From assembly GCF_030028105.1 (NCBI RefSeq), contig NC_092374.1, positions 186,032,638-186,096,637 of the forward strand: DNA of 64,000 nt, in the 5' to 3' direction. The position numbers were made by a program, and so were the translations under genes. The notes below the pieces were generated by a model. It saw nothing but the letters and a program-made list of their open reading frames with translations, was not told the origin of the DNA and did no database searches. Shown here in pieces: positions 13,501 through 25,500 of the stretch. Position 1 is the first letter of the stretch. Each line of letters begins with the position of its first letter. This stretch comes from Mobula birostris. Lineage: Eukaryota.

Positions 13501-16500
13501 GTAGATGAGAGTGTCCTCACAAAATCATTCAGTTTTCCCCAAGCTGAAGCCCTGGATGAAACATGAGATTCAAAATCTGTTGACGGCCAAGAAAATTGCA
13601 AAAGGTCCACATAGGATCTCCAGAAAGCCATCTCACTGGAGAACTGGCAGTTTTGGACTACACAGGAATCAACGAAGAATGCTCAACAGGGCTTGAATAC
13701 TGTCACCGCTTACAAAGTTAAATCAGGTGACATAGGCAAGAACAGGGCTTTGCTTCCAGATGAACTAGTCAGAGTGATCAGCAGCACTGGGGCTCCACAG
13801 GGGACTGTCTTGTCTCCCTTTCTCTTCACCATTTACACCTGGGACTTCAACTACTGTACAGAGTCTTGTCATCTTCAGAAGTTTTCTGATGACTCTGCCA
13901 TAGTTGGATGCATCAGCGAGGGAGATGAGGCTGAGTGCAGGGCTACGGTAGGAAACTTTGTCACATGGTTTGAGCAGAATTATCTGCAGCTCAATGTGAA
14001 AAAGACTAAGGAGTTGGTGGTAGACCTGAGGAAAGCTAAGGTACCGGTGACCCCTGTTTCCATCCAGGGGGTCAGGGTGGACATGGTGGAGGATTACAAA
14101 TACCTGGGGATACGAATTGACAATAAACTGGACTGGTCAAAGAACACTGAGGCTGTCTACAAGAAGGGTCAGAGCCGTCTCTATTTCCTGAGGAAACTGA
14201 GGTCCTTTAACATCTGCCGGACGATGCTGAGGATGTTCTACGAGTCTGTGGTGGCCAGTGCTATCATGTTTGCTGTTGAGTGCTGGGGCAGCAGGCTGAA
14301 GGTAGCAGACACCAACAGAATCAACAAACTCATTCGTAAGGCCAGTGGTGTTGTGGGGATGCAACTGGTTTCTCTGACAGTGGTGTCTGAAAAGAGGATG
14401 CTGTCCAAGTTGCATGCCATCTTGGACAATGTCTCCCATCCACTATATAATGTACTGGTTGGGCACAGGAGTACATTCAGCCAGAGACTCATTCCACCGA
14501 GATGCAGCACAGAGCATCATAGGAAGTCATTCCTGCCTGTGGCCATCAAACTTCACAACTCCTCCCTTGGAGGGTCAGACACCGTGAGCCAATAGGCTGG
14601 TCCTGGACTTATTTCATAATTTACTGGCATAATTTACATATTACTATTTTACTATTTATGGTGTTATTACTATTTATTATTTATGGAGCAACTGTAACGA
14701 AAACCAATTTCCCCTGGGATCAATAAAGTATGACTATGACTACGTCCTTCTAAGCTCACTTTGACCATCAAAACATGGAGGAACCACCACAAACTCCTAC
14801 AGTCCCTGATGATCCTGTGATTCCAATCTCTTGGGATTGATGTGCGAGCAGCCTTCGGGAGTGTGAACCCATGAAAAGCTTCTCGCCAAGTACTAAAGAC
14901 CTGCACTGGAGTGTTTGCGGAGATCTTTAACCTCTGACTTTGTCAGTCTGAGGTACCCACCAGCTTCAAGCAGCCGTCAACTATACCAGTATTTTGCACT
15001 TGGATTTTCAGAAGGCCTTTGACAGGAGGCTGCTAAACAAAATAAGAGCCTTGAGAATTACAGGAAAGATACTAACAGGCACAGAGCATTGACAGATTGG
15101 CAGGAGGTGACGTATGGGAATAAAGGGATCTTTTTAAGTCTGGCTGCCAGTGACTAGTGCTGTTCCAAAGGAGTCTGTGTTGAGACTACTTCTTTTTCGT
15201 TGTATGTTGACAATCTGGATGATGACGTTGATGACGTTGATGACCTTGTGGCCAAGTTTGTGGATGCTACAAAGATAGAACATAGAACTGTACATCACAG
15301 GAACAGGCCAATGTTGGGCCGAAGGAGCTAAAAAGTACCCAAACACTAATCCCCCCTACCGAGACCATGCCAATATCCCTCCATCCTCCTTGTATCCATG
15401 TGCCTAACCAATCATCCCTTAAAAACCTCCAATGTATTTGCCTCTACCACCATACCAGGCAGTGCATTCCAGGCATCCACCACTCTCTGAGTAAAAAGAC
15501 TTGCCCCTCACATCCCCCTTGCACCTTCAATGTCCGCCCTCTGGTATTAGATATTACAACCCTCGAAACAGATACTCCTTGTCCATTCTATCTAAGCCTC
15601 TCCTAATCGTTTAAACCTCAATTTGATCTCCCCTCAGCCTCTGCCACCCAAGAGAAAACAACCCAAGTTTATCCAGCCTCACATGATAGCACATGCCCTC
15701 TAATTGAGGCAGCATCCTGATAAACCTCTTTTGCACCCTCTCCAAAGCCTCAACATCCTTCCTTTCATTCCTTCAACATTCTCTCAACATTCCTTCCAGG
15801 GCTCACCAGGGCCCTGGTGAGACCACACCTGGAGTACTGTGTGCAGTTTTGGTCTCCAAATTTGAGGAAGGACATTCTTGCTATTGAGGGAGTGCAGCGT
15901 AGGTGCACAAGGTTAATTCCCGGGATGGCGGGACTGTCATATGTCGAAAGATTGGAGCAACTGGGCTTGTATATTCTGGAATTTAGAAGGCTGAGAGGGG
16001 ATTTTATTGAAACATATAAGATTATTAAGGGATTGGACATGCTGCAGGCAGGAAGCATGTTTCCACTGATGGGTGAGTCCAGAACCAGAGGCCACAGTTT
16101 AAGAATTAGGGGTAGGCCATTTAGAACGGAGTTGCGGAAAAACTTTTTCACCCAGAGAGTGGTGGATATATGGAATGCTCTGCCCCAGAAGGCTGTGGAG
16201 GCCAAGTCTCTGGATGCTCTCACAAAAGAGATGGATAGAGCTCTTTAAAGATAGTGGAATCAAAGGTTATGGGGATAAGGCAGGAACTGGATACTGATAG
16301 TGGATGATCAGCCATGATCACAGAGAATGGCGGTGCTGGCTCGAAGGGCCGAATGGCCTACTCCTGCAGCTACTGTCTATTGTTTAGTGGGGCGACCAGG
16401 ACGCACTTGGAGTATTGCAACCATTTTGGGCCGCATATCTCGGGAAGAGTCCAGATGAGGTTCACAAGGATGGTTCCAGAACTGAAGGAGTTAACGTCTG

Positions 16501-19500
16501 AGGGGCATTTGGCAGCTTTGAGTCTGTACTCTCTGGAATTTAGAAGAATGCTAGGGGATCTATTTGAAACACTGAATGTTGGAAGGACTAGATAGGGTAA
16601 ATGTGGAGTGGGTAGTTTAGAGGAAGTAGAGAGGCTACAGTGGAACTTAGATAGATTCAGAGAATGGTCAAAGAAATGGCAGATGAAATACTGTGTCGAG
16701 AAGTGTATGGTCCTGCACTTTGGTAGAAGTAGTAAAAGAATGGACTATTTTCTAGATGGAGAGAAATTCAAAAATCCGAAGTGTAAAGTGATTTGGGAGT
16801 CCTCATGCAGGATTCTCTGATGGTTAATTTGCAGGTTGAATTGGTGGTGAGGAAGGTGAATATAGTGTTAGCATTCATCTCAGGAGGACAGGAATATAAA
16901 AGCAAGGATGTAATGCTGCGGATATATAAGGCACATGAGGCCTCACGGACTATTGTGTGCAGCTTTGGGCCCCTTATTTAAGAAAGGATTTGCTGACATA
17001 GGACAGGGTTCAGAGGAGCTTCACAAGAATGATTTTGGCAATTAAATAGTTATCATCTGAGCAGCAATTATATGCTCTGGGCCTGTTCTCACAGGAAATT
17101 AGAAGAATGTGGGAGTGTTCTCATTGAAACTTATTGAATGTTGAAAGAATGTTGAATGTTTTCAGTTCTGGTCACCTCATTATAGGAAGGATGTGGAATC
17201 TATGGGGGGTGCAGAGGAGATTTACCAGGATGTTGCCTGGATTGGAAAACAAGTCTTATGAGGCAAGGTTAGCAGAGCTGGGACTTTTCTCTTTGGAGCA
17301 TAGAAGGATGAGAGGGGAATTGATAGAGGTCTACAATATTATGAGAGGCATAGATAGGGTGGATAGCCAGTACCCGTTTCCCAGGGCATGAATAGCAAAC
17401 ACCAGAGGGCATATGTACAAAGTTAAGGGAGGGAAGTTTAGGGGAGATATCAGGGGTATGTTTTTTACACAGAGGGTTGTGGGTGCCTGGAATGACTTGC
17501 CAGGGATGGTGGTGGAGGCTAAAACATTAGGGGTATTTAAGAACCTCTTGGACAGGCACGTGGATGAAAGAAAAATAGAGGGTTACGGTGTAGTGTGGGT
17601 TTAGTATGTTTCTTTTTTAAGGAATACATGGGTCGGCACAACATCGAGGGCTGAAGGGCTTGTACTGTGCTGTAGTATTCTAGTGTCTATATAGAGTGGG
17701 TGTGAAGAGAATGTTTCCTACAGTGGAGGAGTTTTGGACAAGAGAGTACAGCTTCAAACTAGAGGGACTCCATCTGAAAGCCCTTAACTCTGGGTGGAGT
17801 CATCGGACTCCGTTTTTTTAGCAGGCTTTCTTATTTTTATGAGGTTGAGTTGCTCGCTCAACGCTCAACCCAGCATAGGTGGAAAGCGTGCAAGGGAGCT
17901 GGCTGGATTCGAACTCGGGAGCCTTCACTCCGAAGTCCGGCATTGATGCCACTACACCACCAGCCGGCCGTTTGGAATAGAGCTGAGGAGGAATTTCTTT
18001 AGCCAGAGGGTGCTAAATCTGTGGAATTCATTGACACAGATGGCTGAGGAGGCCAGTTCTTTGGATGTACTTAAGGCAGAGATTCATAGGTTCTCGATTA
18101 GTCAGGATGTGAAAGTTTATGAGGAGAAGGCAGGAGAATGGGATTAAGAGGGAATGGGATCAACCATGATGAAATGGCGGATCAGGCGTGATGGGCCAAA
18201 TGGCCTAATTCTGCTCTTATGTCTTGTGGTCTCAGCTGAGGTTGATAGGTTGGCATGAAGAAGGGTCGTCAAATGTGTTTACATTTGGCAGAGGTAGACT
18301 GGGCAAACTGAATTATTAAGTTGTATTTTATTTCATCCTCGCAGCCAAAGCTACAATCCATTTGGTTTAAGTCTCATGCACCCAAGCTGCCTTCTCCTTT
18401 GCAATATTTTGACAGTTTAGCCTAGATTGAGTTAACATTGGAGAGTTAATTTTGTGTAAATTGGCTACCAGAACCAGGTTCTAAACTGTGGTGAATGGTC
18501 TTGTATCTGCTAATGTAATAGGTGCTCAATTTTGGTCATACAACCATAAGACACTGGAGCAAAATTAGGCCATTTAGCCCATTGAGTCTGATCTGCCATT
18601 TCATCACAGCAGATTTAAGATCCCTCCCAACCCATTTTTCTGCTTTCTCTCCGTAACCTTCGACACCCTTACTAATCAAGAACCCATCAACCTTCGCTTG
18701 AAATATACTCAATGACTTGGCCTCCAAAGCCATTTCATCGCAATGAATTCCACAGATTCTCCACTCTGGCTGAAGAAATCCCTCTTCATTTCTGAGGCTG
18801 CGGCTCTCCGTGTCCACTCCATCTTTGCCTTTCAATATTGAATGTGTTTCAGTAAGGTTCTCTTCCTCCCCATGCTGCCCCCATGACCACCTTCTTCTAA
18901 ACTCCAGCAAGTAGAGGCCTGGACCCAACAAACGCTCCTCGTACGCTGACCCTCTGTCACCCGGTTCCAGTGTTTCACCACTGTCTTCCCAGATTTAACA
19001 AGTTACATTTTCTTTTCTTGCCCTCATCAGTCAACAGAGAAGATGCCGTTGCAATGCTTGGTTCATCAGTTTTACTGGATTCGGAAGTCGAAGTTAACCC
19101 GCAGATGCAAGAGATCATTTGGACATTCATGAGCAGCCACAACAGCCCTGTCACCATTTTACATCACATCCCGAATTACAAGAAGTGGGCAGAGCCCAGT
19201 GAACAGTTCAAGTTGCGCCTGGGTTTTATTCTTTCCAATGGTTCTTTGATGATAAATGGATTAAAAGTCGAGGACCAAGGAGATTACAGTTTGGAGGTAG
19301 ATGACCGTGAACTGAAAATAATACATTTGTCCCTCTTCGGTGAGTACATGAATAACTGATTCAAGGTTGAAGTTTATTTAACACGTGTACAGTACTGTGC
19401 AAAAGTCTTAGGCACATAAATGTATACAGTAGCCAGGGTGCCTAAGACTTTGTGCAGTTTGATATATTATGTCTTTCCAGTTGCCAAATACTATTAGCTC

Positions 19501-22500
19501 AGTAGTATTAAGTGTTACTTGGTAACTGGAAAGACATAATATTCAGTACTCGGGCACCCTAGCTATATATATGTACTTCAGACTTTGGCACAATATTATA
19601 CATGTGGGTTTATCAACATTGGGACTGGCTCTTTAGACTATTATCTTCCTCTCAGTCAGAGACATAGATGACAACTGAAACAGGCCTTTCAGCCCACGAA
19701 TATTTTTGTTAGCCCTGACATAGCCCTTGTTATTGCTGTTCCTCACTTTGCCCTGACACCTTATTAATTGGTCATCCGTCCCATTCCTGGTACGGCTGAG
19801 GGCATATCCCAGCTTGGAACGTGAGCCACACAGACACGTGGCTGAAAGGCAAGCTCTCCCTTTCCCACACATTTGATGAAAGGTGGGAGCCACAGCAGCC
19901 GTAGTAGTTTGACGCTATGCCATCGGAGTTCAGAGTTCAATTCCGGCGCTGTCTGTGAATGTTTTTACGTCCTTCCTGTGAACACGCGGGTTTCTTCACA
20001 GTGCTCCGGTTTCCTCCCACTGTCCAAAGGCGTACTGGTTAGTGGGTTAACTGGTGATTGTAAATTGTCCCACCATTAGGCTTGGGTTAAACAGGTGGGT
20101 TGCTGGGCAGTGTGGCTCGTTGGGCTGGAAGGGTTGGTTCTGCACCGTATCCCGAAATAAATGTCATGCAGTGAGGTTTCATTGCAAGTCATCAGTTCAT
20201 AATATGTGGCATTGACTAACTGGACTCTGGAAACTCACACTCGTTCCTCAAAAACACTTTATTTACTTGTGCACAGGGAGAACTGCATGACCCCTGTCAC
20301 CGCACTGTTCTGAAGTCTGAACAGAGAAAATGCCACTGTCAGAACAAATTGAATTGCTTTACAGATATTGACCAGCTGGTACATGTTCAAGTTCCTGACT
20401 TGCAAAATTAATTGTCATTCAGGATAGTTGTTGCCTGATCCTGGAATCCTTATCTGATCTCCCTGTGCCAAATAGCTCCAGTCCCCTGCTGTGCTATGTT
20501 CTCCAAAGGCCTTCCCTAGTGACCTATCTTGGCTGCACTGACTGCACACTATCTGCATTCTGTGCTTGCCAGGACATTATCGTGACCCTTGCCTTGCTGC
20601 CCCTTCCACAGTAGCACAGTGCTTATCACATTCGCCTTACAGCGCCAGTTGTCACTGACTGCAGCTCAATTCCCGTCACCGTCCGTAGGCATTTTGTATG
20701 TTCTCCCTGTGACCGTGCGTGTTTCCTCACACATTCCGAACTGTACGGATGGTGAAAAAGGATCTAGTGCTTTCCTGGCGTATGTGATGAATAAACTGTT
20801 CTCAGACTCCCAGCCGGCTGTAGGTATCGATTTTAACCAATGTTTCAATGACAAGGTCTGCCATCTGCATCGGGAATGATGTCTGGGCATGTCTAGTCTG
20901 GTGGTATTTATACCCCTGTTGTCCCTCTCTCCTGAATGGTTAGTCCTCATCCAATCCGGTTTCCACTGAAACCCATATCAAGGAGCACAGGCAATGTATC
21001 CGTTTGGGTTACCTGGAGAAATTGGCAGTGGCAGAACATTGTGTTCACAATGGCCATAGGATTGACTTCGACGGCACAAAACTGTGCCACACCAATGGCT
21101 TTTCGGACCACCTAGTGAAGGAAGCATTTGAAATAAAACTAGAGGTAAAGAATTTTATCCAAGGCAAAGGTCTTCCTCTAGCTAAGAACTGGAATTTAGT
21201 TGTAAGCAAGGTGGGACGGCAGAAACCTGATTGGATGAGGACTAACCATTCAGGAGAGGTGGAATACAGGGGTGTAAATACCACTGGACTAGACATGCCC
21301 AGGCATCGTTCCTGATGAAGATGGCAGAGTTTGTCATCGGAACGTCAGTTAAATTCAATACCTGCACCTGGCTTGAAACCCAAGAGTTTATTCATGTACG
21401 GTTAGGGTTAGTGAGTTGTGTTTATGCTATGTTAGCGTGTCAACACGTCTGGACTGCACAATCACAAAACAACACATTTAACGATACGTTTTTGAAATAC
21501 AAATAAAGCTAGTCTTTCTGCCCTTTAGATAACCTGTTGGAAGCTAAGATATTGACCAGCTCCTCCTTCCCTGCTTCTGTTATCTGGCTCATCTGCAACG
21601 TCAGTGGAGATCCTCAGAAGTATCAATGGTGGAAAAATGGAGCGGAAATCTCCCAGTTTCACCAACTTATCGATGGCAATCGGACTCTAATGATCATGAA
21701 TGCCTCAAGACATGACTGTGGAATTTATACCTGCGCGGCAACCAATCCAGTCAGCTTCATCCAGGCTAACCACACCCTATTCATTTCTGGTGAGTTTCGT
21801 TTGTAAATCTTATTCTGAGAGTAAATTTGACATCATCGTTTAGTGGCCAGCTTTGGAAATCAATCTGTCAGCACTGGAAGTGTTAAAGTTCATAGAAATT
21901 TTGCAATCGGCAAAGAGGACATTGGGTCCTTCTTGTCTGTGCTACCTCTGAGTAATCCACCTACTCCCTTTTCCTGCTCCACAATTAAATCTGTCTCGAT
22001 TACAACAATTGTTGAGGCAAAATTCGACAACATACCCTGACCAGCTTGGATTCTTTCGCTAATCATTGTCCTTCTACATCCTCCACTTCTCAACCTCTCT
22101 GGTTTCAAATAACTCTATCAGATCTTCTCACGTCCTCCCCTATTCCACAGAGAATGGCTTCAGTCTCTTCAGTCCGCCCACACGGCTCTCAATCAAGGGC
22201 TTACCCATAGCCCTCTATTTTTCTAAGCTCCATGTACCTATCCAGGAGTCTGTTAAAAGACCCTATCGTTTTCACCTCCACCACCGCTGCCGGCAGCCCA
22301 TTCCACACACTCGCCACTCTCTGCGTAAAAACCTTACACCGCCATCTCCTCTGTACCTACTTCCAAGCACCTTAAAACTGTGTCCTCTCATGATATCCAT
22401 TTCAGTTCTGGGGAAAAAGCCTCTGACTATCCACACAATCAGTGCCTCTCATTATCTTGTACACCTCTATCAGGTCACCTCTCATCCTCTGTCACTCCAA

Positions 22501-25500
22501 ATAGAAAAGGCCGAATTCACTCAACCTATTCACATAAAGCATGCTCCCCAATCCAGGCAACATCCTTGTAAATCTCCTCTGCACCCTTTCTATGGTTTCC
22601 ACATCCGTCCTGTAGTGAGGCGACCAGAATTGAGCACAGTCATCCAAGTGGGGTCTGACCAGGGTCCTGTATAGCTGTAACATTACCTCTCGGCTCCTAA
22701 ACTCAGTCCCATGATTGATGAAGGCCAATGCAGCGTATGCCTTAACCACAGAGTCAACCTGTGTCGCAGCTTTGAATGTCCTATGGACTCGGACCCCAGG
22801 ATCTCTCTAATCCTCCACACTGCCAAGAGCCTTACCATTAATGCTATATTCTGCCATCATATTTGACCTACCAAGATGTACCACCTCACACTTATCTGGG
22901 TTGGACTCCATCTGCCACTTCTCAGCCCAGTTTTGCATCCTATCAATGTCCCACTGTAATCTCTGACAGCCCTCCACACTATCCACAATACCCCCAACCT
23001 TTGCGTCATTAGCAAATTTACTAACTCATCCCTCCACTTCCTCATCTAGGTCATTTATAAAAATCGCAATGAGTGGGGGTCCCAGAACAGATCCCTGAGG
23101 CACACCACTGGTAACTGACCTCCATGCAGAATATGACCCATTTACAACCACTCTTTGCCTTCTGTGGGCAAGCCAGTTCTAGATCCACAAAGCAAGTTTC
23201 CCTTGGACCCCATGCCTCTTTACTTTCTCAATAAGCCTTGCATGGGGTACCTTATCAAATGCCTTGCTGAAATTCATATACACTACATCTACCGCTCTAC
23301 CATCATCAATATGTTTAGTCACATCCTCAAAAAATTCGATCAGGCTTGTGAGGCACGACCTGATTTGACAAAGTCATGCTGACTATTCCTAATCATATTA
23401 TGCCTCTCCAAATGTTCATAAATCCTACCTGTCAGGATTTCGTCCATCAACTTACCAACCACTGAATTAAGACTCACTGGTCTATAATTTCCTGGGCTAT
23501 CTCTACTCCCTTTCTTGAATAAGGGAACAACATCCGCAACCCTGCAATCTTCCGGAACCTCTCCTGTCCTCACTGATGATGCAAAGATCATTGCCAGAGG
23601 CTCAGCGATCTCCTCCCTCGCTTCACACAGTAGCCTAGTGTATATCCCATCTGATCCCGGTGATTTATCCAACCTGATGCTTTCCAAACACTCCAGCACA
23701 TCCTCTTCCTTAATATCTACATTTTTAGTCCACTGCAAGTCAACCCTACAATGGCCAAGCTCCTTTTCAGTAGTGAATGCTGAAGCAAAGTATTCATTAA
23801 GTACCTTTGCTTCCTCCTCCGGTTCCATACACACTTTTCCACTGTCACACTTCTCCCACATCTTATCCTCTTGATCATCACATACTTGTAGAATGCGTTG
23901 GGGTTTTCCTTAATCCTGTCTGCCAAGGCCTTCTCCTGGCCCCTTCTGGCTCTCCTAATTTCATTCTTAAGCTCCTTCCTGCTAGCATAATTTTCCAGAT
24001 CTCTATCATTACCTAGTTTTTTGAACATTTCGTAAGCCCTTCTTTTCTCCTTGACTAGATTTATTACAGCCTTTGTACACCACGGTTTCTGTACCTTGCC
24101 ATCCTTTCCTGTCTCATTGGAACTTACCTATGCAGAACCCCACGCAAATATCCCCTGAACATTTGCCACATTTCTTCCCTACGTTTCCCTGAGAAGATCT
24201 GTTGCCAATTTATGCTTCCAAGTACCTGCCTGATAGCCTCATATTTCCCCTTACTCCAATTAAACGTTTCCCTGACTTGTCTGTTCCCGTCCCTCTCCAA
24301 TGCTATGGTAAAGGAGATAGAATTGTGATCTCTGTCTCCAAAATGCTCTCCCACTGAGAGACCCAACACCTGACCAGGTTCATTTCCCAATACCAGATTA
24401 AGTACAGCCTCTCCTCTTGTACGCTCATCTACATATTGTGACAAGAAACCTTCCTCAGCACACCTAACAAACTCCACCCCATCTAAACCCCTCACTCTAG
24501 GGAGATGCCAATCAATATTTGGGAAATTAAAATCTCCCACAACAACCCTGTTATTATTACACCCCTGCAGAATCTGTCTCCATATCTGCTCCTCACAAAC
24601 TCTCCCCAATAGGCTTAGCAAACCTCCCTGCCAGGATATTGGTCCCCCTGGGATTCACGTGCAACCTGTCCTTTTTGTACAGGTCACACCTGCTCAAAAA
24701 GGTCCCAATGATCCAGAAATCTGAATCCCTGCCCCCTGCTTCAATCCCTCAGCCACACATTTATCCTCCATCTGATTCTATTCCTGTACTCACTGTCACG
24801 TGGCACAGGCAGTAATCCCGAGATTACCATCTTTGTGGTCCTGCTTCTCAGCTTCCTTCCTAACTCCCTATAGTCTGTTTTCAGAACCTCCTTCCTTTTC
24901 CTGCCTATGTCGTTGGTACCGATATGTACCACGACCTCTGGCTCTTCTCTTACCCACTTCAGGATATCGTGGATGCGATCAGGAACATCCTACACCCTGG
25001 CACCTGTTAGGCAAACTACCATCCGCGTTTCTTTCCTGCATCCACAGAATCACCTGTCTGATCCCCTAACAATGGAGTCCCCTATCAATACTGCCAGCCT
25101 CTTCCTTTCCCTACCCTTCTGAGCCACAGGGCCAGACTCTGTGTCAGAGGCATGACCACTGTTGCTTCCCGCAGGTAGGCCATCTCCCCCAACAGTATTC
25201 AAACAGGAGTACTTATTGTTAAGGGAGACAGCCACTGGGGTACTCTCTAGCATCTGCGTGTTGCCCTTCCCTCTCCTGATTGTTGTCCACTTGCCTGTCT
25301 CCCGTGGCCCTGGTGTGACCACCTGCTTATATCTCCTCTCTGTCACATCCTCACTCTCCCTGACCAGACGAAGGTCATTGAGCTGCATGTCCAGTTCCCT
25401 AATGCAGTCCTAAAGGAGCTGTAGCTCGATGCACTTGGCACAGATATGGCCGTCCGGGAGGCTGGGAGTCTCCAGGACCTCCCACATCTGACACCGAGCA

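Noticed and set aside
20277-20410. Possible extra exon between the V and C2 exons
   Set aside because: No Ig-like motif and no convincing phase-1 donor; V joins C2 cleanly without it.
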